Positions 52,714-64,000 of a DNA stretch of 64,000 nucleotides are shown one piece after another. The notes below the pieces were generated by a model. The model made no database searches. It saw only the letters and a list, made by a program, of their open reading frames with translations, and had not been told where the DNA came from. How positions within the stretch are numbered: position 1 is the first letter of the stretch; every line of letters begins with the position of its first letter. The DNA is taken from the NCBI GenBank assembly GCA_964016885.1, contig CAXHJY010000604.1, forward strand, positions 7,394-71,393. Direction: 5' to 3'. A program made the translations under genes and the position numbers. The DNA comes from Eledone cirrhosa (Eukaryota).

Positions 52714-53103
52714 GCAAGACTAATTTCTATAAATCAGCATTTATTTATAACGTACATTTTCTTTAATTTCTAATCAATAAAAATTATTTTCTAAAATTAA
52801 AATTTTAAGTTTACTTGTATTCACCAATTCAAATTTTTAACCACTAGCCTTGTAAGAAAAATTTAATATCAGTATGATTGCAGTTTGTAAGCCTTGGTGT
52901 GAAAATTTTGACAAATGTTTGTTTTGTTTTCCATACACAGAAAAACATTAGAGATTGCTGTACATGTTTCACAGCTAATTCATTGTTCATCAGTAGACAA
53001 GTACCTTTATTTTATGTCTACAAATATTCATGTTCCAATAAACTTGTATCTTTGCCTTCTTTGAGGTTTCTTGTGTCATGAAACTTTATTTTATCTTTTC
53101 CAG

Positions 53104-53211
53104 GGCATTCCAAAAGAAAAGTTGATAGAAATAGTTGAAGCATTAAAGACAAACACACATCTAGAAATTTTAGAGATGGCTAGTGTTGACGCTACAGATT
53201 TTGTGGCTAAG
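53104..53211 (+). CDS. Tmod: Tropomodulin exon (GIPKEKLIEIVEALKTNTHLEILEMASVDATDFVAK)
   Basis: ttttccag acceptor, AAG|gtgaaa donor. LRR repeat EALK-NTH. Confidence 0.94.
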
Positions 53212-54507
53212 GTGAAATTTCCTTTATTTTCAATCATCATCATCATCTCCTCTTTCTCAAACACATCTTTCAGAGAGTTCTGTCAAGAGCAACTGTCTCC
53301 AAATGATTCAGCTGCATCCCTAAGCAAGCCTAACCTATGTTATGGATGTTATCCATAAATAAAATATGATGTAGCCAGAAAATATGCAATCAGTTGGCTT
53401 TGTCCATAAAATATGTACTGCGATTCTTTCCTTTGACATTCTAACTACATATTTAATGAAATGATAAATCTTAATTAAATTCTCTGCGTGGTTAAGAAAT
53501 TCACTTTACAATGATAAAAATTCCAGCATCACTCCTACTGCATGACATCTTGAGCATGTGTATTTTATCCTAGCCACAAGTTGTCCTAAGTCTTGTGAGT
53601 GAAATAGGGTAGATGGTAACAGTTTGGAAACCTATCGGATGGATTGTACCTATAATTCAAAAGTCCAGCCTTGTCACCGTGTCACACTGATTCTGCCTGA
53701 GAAATTACGAGAAAGGCATACATCGTCATCACCATTTAGCATCCATTTTTCCATGCTAACATGGGTTAGATGAGTTGTCTAATTGTGAGAAAAGTCAGAT
53801 CAGGTGACAGTGTCTTGCTTTACAGAACTGGTTCTGGCTTGGTTTCTAGAGCTGGATGCCCATCCTAACTTCCTAATGCCAACCACATTTACAGTGTGTA
53901 CTGCGTGCTTTTTGTTGTGACACCTACCAACTTTACAATGTGGGCTGGGTGTTTTTTGTCATGACACCTACATGACCACTTTACAGTGTGGACTGGACAC
54001 TTTTTGTTTTGAGTTTTACATTATCACTTTACAGTGTGGGCTGGGGGCTTTTTGTCGTGGCACCAAAACCACCGTTTTACAGTGTGGACTGGGGATTGTT
54101 TGTGGAATACTCAGCCACACACTTTATGTTACAAGAACGACTATTTGTAATTCAATAGTCTAGTCTTGTCACATATTATGTCACACTGATTCTGCTGGTG
54201 AAATTACAATAAGAGTACACATATCTGTGGAATACTCAACCACTTACATTCATTTGATTGAACAACTGAATGCTCATCGTTGAAATCAATGGAGGATCCA
54301 TCATCATCACATCTTGTTGATTTGGAATTGATGAAAGAATTATCCCTCCTTAGACTTCTTATTTATTTCCAAATTAAGATTTAAACACTTGTGGTTTATA
54401 GGTTTAAACAATTACAGTCTATTAGCTTCACAGAGCTAGACAATGAAAATATAATGTAAAATTATCTGATATTTTCTTTAATAATATATCTATTTTTCTC
54501 TCGGCAG

Positions 54508-54651
54508 GCATTAGGAGAATCCTTGAAGGATAATAAAACATTGCAGATCTTAAATGTTGAGTCAAATTTCATTTCTGGAGAATCAATTGTTGAAATACTA
54601 AAAGGAGTTGCCAGCCATAAAGCATTAAAAGAGCTAAGAGTGGAAAACCAG
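54508..54651 (+). CDS. Tmod: Tropomodulin exon (ALGESLKDNKTLQILNVESNFISGESIVEILKGVASHKALKELRVENQ)
   Basis: ctctcggcag acceptor, CAG|gtaaga donor. The LNVESNFISG and ELR--NQ motifs are diagnostic of tropomodulin. Confidence 0.96.
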
Positions 54652-55145
54652 GTAAGAAAGTAATTTATTTCTATAGAAACAGGTTTCATTGAAATATAGC
54701 TGGAGAAGGGTTGGTGAATGAGGAGTATATAATTGGGAAAAACTAACCCAAGTAAATTAAACACAAGGGGCAGCTCTTGAAATAGCCAATCATTTCCTAG
54801 CGCCAATCATTTCAGAGCATGTACCTGGTTTGTTTTCTCATTGTACCACCTATACTACTTGGCAGAGTGGACTGGGTGCTTTTTGCTTGGCACCAGCATT
54901 ACCACTTTACTATTAAATGTTCTCAGTACATGCTATAAAGTGGTTGGCATTTAGACAGAAACCAAGTCAAAATCGGAGCATATAAGCAAAATATAGTCAC
55001 CTGACTGGTTTAGTTTCAGTATCTGATGGATCATCTGACCCATGCAAGCATGGGAAATAGACATTAAACAGTGGTGATGCTGATGGGTTTCCACAGTATA
55101 TAATTTATTTGTTATATGTTATAAATTCTGTTATTTCTTCTGTAG

Positions 55146-55293
55146 AAACCAACACTTCTGGGTAATCAAGTAGAGATGGCTATTACCAAACTTGTTGAAG
55201 CTAATGACACTTTGCTTCGGTTTGGAATTTGGTTTGAGTATCCTGATGCCAGAGTCAGAGTCCAGGACAAAATTCAGAAAAACAATGATTTAA
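55146..55293 (+). CDS. Tmod: Tropomodulin exon (KPTLLGNQVEMAITKLVEANDTLLRFGIWFEYPDARVRVQDKIQKNNDL)
   Basis: ttctgtag acceptor, A|gtaagt donor. Has LGN-VEM-I---N-TLLRFG--F---R and N-D motifs. Confidence 0.96.
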
Positions 55294-55374
55294 GTAAGTA
55301 TTTGTTATTGTTTTTATTATGTCACATCTTTGTTTTTTTTTTCATAAGAGAAATAATAAGAAGACAGTTGAGGG

Positions 55375-55595
55375 TTAACTCTTTTGTGGCCATATTTCTA
55401 ATGAAATACATTGTATTTCATTTATAACATATCTTGACTAAAAATTCATCATCATTGTCATCTAACATCTATTTTCCACACTATATATCAAATTATATTG
55501 GAAGGTTTTGATTTAGATAGGAACCCTTTAAAACTAGTGGCATGGTTTGATAGAACCAGAGACGGTTTTAGGTGGATTAGTATCAAAAGGGTTAA
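55375..55595. mobile_element. Second piggyBac-type MITE family (TTAACCCTTT..AAAGGGTTAA); copies also ~33675-34155, 35320-35971, 37575-, 48404-48620, 48865-49104
   Basis: TTAA-flanked CCCTTT/AAAGGG termini and a shared interior (atatttctaatgaaatac..catagaaccag..ggtatcaaaagggttaa). Confidence 0.72.
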
Positions 55596-56664
55596 GGTAT
55601 ATCACTACGAAAATTGTATTAAAGTTGATTACCACACTTTGACTCATGTAGTCGATTTAATCTGTCCATTCTGTTTAACATCACTACCTAGTAGTAGCTT
55701 GTAGATTTAATCTGTCACCCAGTTTAACACCAGCACCTAGCCCTTGGCTGGTAGACTTAATCTGTCACCTACCATTCTGTTGCAAGTATTTGAACCAGGT
55801 CTCTGGTTTGAGGATACCTCCCATCTTTTCAGGAGCAGTGAAAAGGGTCATAGGCATTACCTTTCCTTCCTTTCCCTGATTAAATAGTGAAGAAAAAACA
55901 AACTCCTATTCTAGTTGAGACATTCTATCTATTTAAATATTGTTTCTATAATCACAGTTTGGTTGATATGGAGAAATATATTTAAATCTAAACTTTCTAA
56001 CTACCAATTTGTGAAATTATGAATTTTCAAATGTATTCAACCCACTCCTTTCAGTGAGAGAAAAATCTTTAAAATACTATTAGTCACATAAACTGACATT
56101 TTTTTCAGCTGGGCAGAGTTGAAAAGGCTTTGTTAATTATTTTTATATTTTTATAAATGTTAAAGTAAAGTGAAAGTGTGCAGTCTAGTGTTTAGGGTGT
56201 TGGTTTCACAGTTATAAGGTCATGAGTTTGATATGAGTTAAGTGATGCATGGCTCTTCATTTCACATTGCTCCTATCCACTCAATTGAAAACAAAATGTG
56301 TGCCAGTAGTTTGCCTTAGGATGGACTGACATCTCAGGCAAGGAAAGTAGGGCGTCATGTATACTCAGTTGCTTAATGCTACATGAAGCTGGAATAATCT
56401 CCAGCCTGATGAGCCTCTAGATTCAAGTAACATTAGTAGTATAAATTTTTTTATTCTAGGGGTTTATGTCAACCTTAAACTATAGTGTAAGATACTTGCC
56501 GAAGATTCCACATATTGGTACCAAACCTAGAGTCTCATGATTGCAAAAGTGAACTTTTTAACTATGTGGCCATTTTGCATCATGTTTACAAATAAATCTC
56601 TTATTAATCCAACAATAAATATCGTGTTTTTTAAATAATATTTTACCTATTGTCTTTTTTACAG

Positions 56665-56711
56665 TCCGCCAAGCTCGTAAAGACAAGAATGACAGTGCTG
56701 GTGACTCCTGA
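56665..56711 (+). CDS. Tmod: Tropomodulin terminal coding exon (IRQARKDKNDSAGDS*)
   Basis: ttttttacag acceptor in phase 1 completes the basic C-terminal helix. TGA at 56709-56711. The summed CDS is 1089 nt from ATG 26782 (362 aa) or 1062 nt from ATG 38590 (353 aa). Confidence 0.88.
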
Positions 56712-57409
56712 ATTCTTTAATCTAGCAGTAGTATCCTGGCTAAGTTCAGGTTAACACTCTCCCTTTCATTGTCTTCTGTTGCTGCATTTAAGGTTTCCAC
56801 CTCCTCCTTTTCTGATGGCCCTTGGTGTATTCTATGTTTATTGCCAAAAATATTAATATATATATATACCGCTATGTTTTAACTGTGGTGGCCTACCTAC
56901 CTATCTATCTATCAAGTGTTGTCTGCTCTCCAACAATGATAAGGATGGCTGATGTCTGAACTGGACAGTTTACTAAACACAGTAGAGATAATTAACACCA
57001 TTGTCATTACTACTACTACAACACTACCAACAAAGCATAACAACTATGTTGTATGATGGTGTTACTGCTCGGCCGTTTCCCTTCAATTTCTTGGCCGGAG
57101 TGTTTTCTCACCTTCCCTTCTTAAACTCTGTTTGAAGAGACATTTTCATCATCAGAAAAAAAGCTTGGAAAAATAACAAAAAAAAAAAAAACCCCCCCAC
57201 ACCTCTATCCAAATCTCTCTTGTTAAAATGAAAATCAACCCAAGCCACAACCAAATAAAAAAAAAATGAAAAAAAAAGAAAAGATGATTTTTACCATTTA
57301 TTTACAATTTGAAAATTATTATTAAAAAAATTATAAAAGCTTGATCATAAAAGTGGCAAGCTGTATAGAACTGTTTCGATATTTGTCTGTACCCAGTACT
57401 TTTAAAGTC

Positions 57410-57415
57410 AATAAA
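57410..57415 (+). promoter_or_regulatory. Candidate tropomodulin polyadenylation signal
   Basis: AATAAA ~700 nt after the stop codon. Alternative AATAAA at 57254 and 57648. Confidence 0.45.
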
Positions 57416-57437
57416 ACCGTATATATATATATGCATG

Positions 57438-57486
<49 letters not shown>

Positions 57487-57660
57487 TATTATACATATTC
57501 TAGGTGACCGGCTTTTTATTATTTTCATAGTCACATAGAGTGACACTATGTTTCAGCTTTGCATTGCTTGCACACACACACACACACACACACACACGTA
57601 TATATACATATATATCACATAAGAAATGGAGAATCAGTGTTGCGACGAATAAAATTTATT

Positions 57661-57756
57661 AGACATATTACAATCGTTTCTCTGGCAACCAGCTCGAGGC
57701 ACGATCGATGTAATGATCGAACCTGACTCTATATCGCAAGGTCGTCAGATATGTCT
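57661..57756 (-). ncRNA. Minimal type I hammerhead ribozyme (Penelope-like element type)
   Basis: The minus strand reads agacauau-CUGACGA-[61 nt stem II]-GAAAC-GAUU-GUA-auaugucu-AAUAAA. Stem I is a perfect 8 bp, the core boxes are intact, and stem III is a 2-bp mini-stem. Confidence 0.8.
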
Positions 57757-57848
57757 CGATTCTACGAAGCAGAGTTTCCAAATCTGTAAAAGCATCGAGT
57801 GCTCAAACGGCCTACCGCTTACGGACGCTTTAAGCATCCCACCAATTA

Positions 57849-57881
<33 letters not shown>

Positions 57882-58023
57882 ATATATGATTATGGCTTCA
57901 TATGAATGAAACAGTTCTAGTCTTGTAGAAGATATTTCTATATATAATAAAGATACCTATACTCTACCACTGTATTGAGTACCTTTTTTAATTGAGGTTA
58001 CCCTCCTTGACACCACTTGTGAA

Positions 58024-58058
<35 letters not shown>

Positions 58059-58282
58059 AAATAGGGGGCCCTGGTGATCAGGCTTAAACTGATGGTCAAA
58101 TTTAAACTTATTTTCTTTATTATTTTAAGTTTCAGGATTCAGTCTTTTCTGAAATGTTTTTTAATATTAAGAAAATTCTATCTATTCTGGTATTAGTTAA
58201 GTTACAAAACAATGATTTTTAAAGATGATGATGACAATATACATTTTTAATGTAGAAATGTGTGTATACATGAATATATATA

Positions 58283-58329
<47 letters not shown>

Positions 58330-58453
58330 CATATATGTGTGTGTATACACGTGCACATTATATAATCTCAACATATTCAATAGGATGTTATGTTCATGTG
58401 CCTTTTCATTCAGAATGTTATGTGTATGCATGTTTATAAATATGTATACATTG

Positions 58454-58516
<63 letters not shown>

Positions 58517-58779
58517 CTTTTAGTTGTTCCAACCCATACATATATATATATACACACACATGCACAAATGTATACTTATGCATATATATAGCTGTACACA
58601 TATACTCACACGCATACACAACCTAGCTAAACTATGTGAAGCTACATGTATCATGTAAATATGTTGGCTTTGCTAGTAAACCCATAGCTACATTAAACTA
58701 AAGCTAGTTGATATTGCTTGCTTCATTCTTTATATATGATGCAACTGACGAGATGACAGCAAGTTTTTCATTCCATTTA

Positions 58780-60344
<1,565 letters not shown>

Positions 60345-60769
60345 TTTCTTTTCCTCCTGCTCTCTGTTTCAGTATATTCCTGTCTCATTTCTGTTGAAAA
60401 TTATGGAAAAAAATAAATATATATAAAAATCTGCATCTTTGGTTTATATTTTATTCCTAAGCTCAATCTCTGTATATGTATATTTGTTTGTGTGTGTATA
60501 TTTATTTGTGTGTGTGTTTTTCTTCTCTGCTTTTCAATATTTCTTCCCCTCTCTTTTCTATGGAACATTTCCTTACTCTGCATGTAACCCAAACGTTATT
60601 TTGTTCAAATAAATTTAAAGTGACAACATATATATGTTTGTGCATATGTATGTAAATTTATGCAGAGAAGATGTACATATATCAAACATTCTCAATCTCT
60701 CTCTCTCTCACACACACATTAAATGTTATATATTTCAATTACTGATTTTCATGTCTCTTTGTTGGAAGG

Positions 60770-61010
60770 GCTGAGCCTATGACCTTTGTAGCCCAATGAG
60801 ATTGACGTTATTGATGTTCAGTTTAAATTGTTCTAGTTCAACACCTGCAAGAAAAATGTAAAGGGAAAGAATTCTAGAGGGATAATATTTTGGGATGGAA
60901 ACACTGGGCATAATGGTTAGTGTGGGGCCTGTGAGGTTGATGTGGGAACAGTACTCCATTGTGAGTCTTACCTGAACTTTGTAAAGGATCAGAAGTTGTT
61001 TAAGGCGGAA
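60770..61010 (-). mobile_element. Internally deleted old CR1/L2-like LINE C-terminal remnant (related fragment at ~1170-1340, +)
   Basis: QLLILYKVQVRLTMEYCSHI...HTNHYAQCF...LEQFKLNINNVNLIGL. Its paralog at 1170 reads VDLQQFNLNINSINFIGL. Confidence 0.7.
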
Positions 61011-62943
61011 GTAATTTCATACAAGCAAAATAAAGCAAGAGAGTATTTATGTTAAAATGTGTTTTATTGTATCAAATTTTACAAGGTGAAAAAAGCTTTC
61101 TGTAGTATTTCTATTTCATATGTTTGGATTAAATTTTGGGGTTTTCAGTTTAAGTATATGAAATGGCAAACAATAAAATGAAAGTGAATTAAAGACAAAG
61201 GAATGAAACGTGCAAATCTTATTGTACCATTTAACAACATTATTTCTCATATCTGACTGTCTCACCTTGTTGAGCTAATTTATTGGTCAACATCAATTAA
61301 CTGCAAATGGTCTGTTGGGAGGGAGCAGGTTAGTATTGAAAAAAAATTTAAAATTGCAAATAAATCCTTTAGTTTATTGATTTAACAAAGGGGAAAAAAT
61401 TCAAAAGGTAAAGGTTGTCAACGAAAAGCAAGGAATTTTTATTATCGGTCACTTTCATTTTATAGTCTGTTATTTTATATACTTAAAGCGAAATATCCCC
61501 CAGATTTCTTCTTCGGTAACTTTCCAGCTACTATATAGTTTTTATATTGTGCAGGGGACTTTTTTAGGATACTTTACGAAGCTAAGCGAAGATTAGAGAA
61601 AATTCTTTTGTCAGGTCAATACTGTGTATTTATTGGAACATCATCAAAAAACATATTGTTTGGACTGAAAATAAATAAAATATGAGTTAATGTGCTGTGA
61701 TAGGCAAACATTAAACAATAGTTACTTTAAACATGCTCAAGGCATATCATCTTGTGGTATACAAACATTAAATAATACTTAAAATATATTCACAGCATTT
61801 TCTTTTTTATACTGGTCTCTATGGTTAGTCATGGAGGGAAGGTCAGTACCAATCGAAATATAGTCACCAAAGAGTTAACATACTTAAGAGAATACTAACA
61901 CTGGCTTCCACAGAAATGGATCTCTTCCTTGTCGGAGAGCATGTCTGAAAAGAAAGGAGGGTACTATATATACATTTGTGTGTATTGTGATGGGACCTCT
62001 TTGTTAAGGCATATAAACATGTATTCGGTTGTTCACTCCTGAGTTAACTAACAACAAATTTAGATTGTATAACATTATTACATATACTTATTAGATAAAA
62101 CATCATGTATTTGAAACTGATGAAACTGAGAATACAAGCTGTCTCTTGGTTATATCATTTCTTATATTTAATTTGCTTTTGTACATCAGTAAATGTTAAC
62201 AATATCAACATAGATATATCCAGGCTTAGGTAAAGCTGGTAATAAGCCCAGGCCAAATGTAAAATGACCCCCCCCCCCCTCCTTGCCCAGCTGGTAATAA
62301 GCCCATGCCAGATGTAAAATGTAGGCACCCAACACTGGTAATAGGTATATGTCAATGTGAAATGTAGGCCCAGGCTGAATATAGAATGTAATCTTCCACA
62401 AAACTAGGAAATAAACCCAGGCAAGGTAGGAAATGAAGACACCCAAAGCTAGTAATAGACTAGTTGAGAAATATAAGCCACCAATGCTGGTAATAGGCTC
62501 AGGTTAGATGTGAAATGTAGGCCTCTAATGCTAGTAATAAGTTTAGGTCCCCAAAGCTGGTGACAGGCCCAGACCATATGTGAAATATAAGCACCATTTC
62601 TAACTGTTCATTAAGTATTTTAGTAATCAGTGCTAACTACATGAGTCACAGGTATATACATTAACATGATATATTTACAAGTAACAAAAGAATAAAATAA
62701 TTAAAACTTGAGCCAAAATTGTAGACCTATGTCAACTAGCCTAACCCCTCTCCATTTCTATTATGGCCTAGACATATTAACCACCAGAACATGAATAATG
62801 ACAAGAAGTGTAACAATTAATTATATTTGGCATACTTACACATTGATTTCATCAAACTTGTATTTATCTCTGAAGCAAAACAAAACAAAAACATTATTAT
62901 TGGGGAGTGAGTTCAATTTTCTGTTATTCATATTTCTAAATCT

Positions 62944-64000
62944 ATTTCATTTCATTTGAGTTTGAGTCCATGCTCAGGCCAAGTCGAAGACTCCACCCTC
63001 AGAGTCTGGTGTGGTTGCCAGGTTGGATTCTCTGTTTAATTTTGACATGTGTAGGAGCGAGTTTGAGTCAGTTTGTGCTCGTTGTGTATATCCTGGGAGA
63101 TGGGGTTCATCTCTAATGGTGCTTAAGTATCTATCCAGCTGCAATTTGAATGATTCCACACTGCATCCTGATAGATTTCTGACATGTACCGGAATGGAGT
63201 TGAATAGTTGTGCCCCTCGAACCAACAGACTTGACTCTTGCAGGGTTTTTGCTGCCTGGCCAGCCCTTTTGTTGATTGGTGGTAGCTGGCAGCGTCTTCC
63301 GTGGTGCAGTGAGTGGTAGGTTTTGATACCAAAGTTTGGCACCTTTTGCTCTATCATTTTCCAAATGTATATAATTCGGTATCGCTCAAATCTTCTTTCT
63401 ATTGAGTACATCTTCAAGGTTTTGAGTCTTTGCCAATAGTCCAGGTCCCTCGTTTCTGAGAAGTATGAGGTAAAATTTCTTTGGAGCGATTCCATCTTAG
63501 ATAGTTGGCCCTTTGTTGTTGGTGACCACAACTGAGAACAGTAGTCAATCCTCAGAAGTACCATACTGTTCCAGAGGGTTTTCATTGTTGAGGTATCTCT
63601 TGATTTGAAGGTGCGCAAGATCCACCCGCTGTACTTTCTTGCAGTAAGACAGACTGAGTCAAGGTGTTCTCTGAATTTTAGGCTGGTTCCCATGTGGATG
63701 CCTAAATCTTTCACACACTGTTTTTCCATTATTTGTTGTCCTGATGGGTTTCTGTAGTTTGTTGTATTTTTCAGATCTTGATCTGTTCCGTAGCGAATTA
63801 GTTCAAACTTCTTATCATTGAACAACATGTTGTTTGTTTCCTGCCATTTGTATATGGTGGTTAGGTCCTGTTGTAAGGCCTCTGTATCCACCTCGACTTT
63901 GATTTGTCTCATGACCCTGGTGTCATCAGCAAAGGATGAGACGTTGCTGGTTGTATCTTCATCTATGTCAGAGATGAGGATGAGAAACAGGATCGGGCCG
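62944..64000 (-). mobile_element. CR1-type LINE 3' portion with uninterrupted ORF2 (runs off window)
   Basis: GPILFLILISDID...SSFADDTRV...LQQDL...NNMLFN..KF..KDLGI..IDYCSQLWSP..LFNSIP, stop at 62974, very short 3' UTR and a tgaaatgaaat tail. Confidence 0.93.

Overview
Eukaryotic, AT-rich (about one third GC by eye), repeat-dense genomic DNA. The SINE/RTE repeat landscape and (TA)n load suggest a coleoid cephalopod, probably an octopus (inference). One host gene is readable: a multi-exon tropomodulin on the + strand, with nine exons from 38566 to 56711 and a candidate first exon ending in ATG at 26784. It encodes about 353-362 aa and has one GC-AG intron. The rest is mostly transposon debris: RTE and CR1-type LINEs, Penelope-like remnants, three tRNA-SINE families, three non-autonomous Helitrons, a full-length DD35D pogo, a mariner remnant, piggyBac/hAT/Tc2-type MITEs and satellites. 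The best second-look signals are: (1) a Penelope-type minimal type I hammerhead ribozyme antisense just past the tropomodulin 3' end; (2) a ~480 bp foldback with a CTCF-like motif in its loop and one-sided CpG decay; (3) a U2 snRNA 5' fragment abutting a head-to-tail SINE array; (4) a perfect 22-bp intronic hairpin; (5) the ATG-terminal exon and GC donor. I found no novel multi-gene system. Repeat boundaries were read by eye and are approximate unless termini are quoted.
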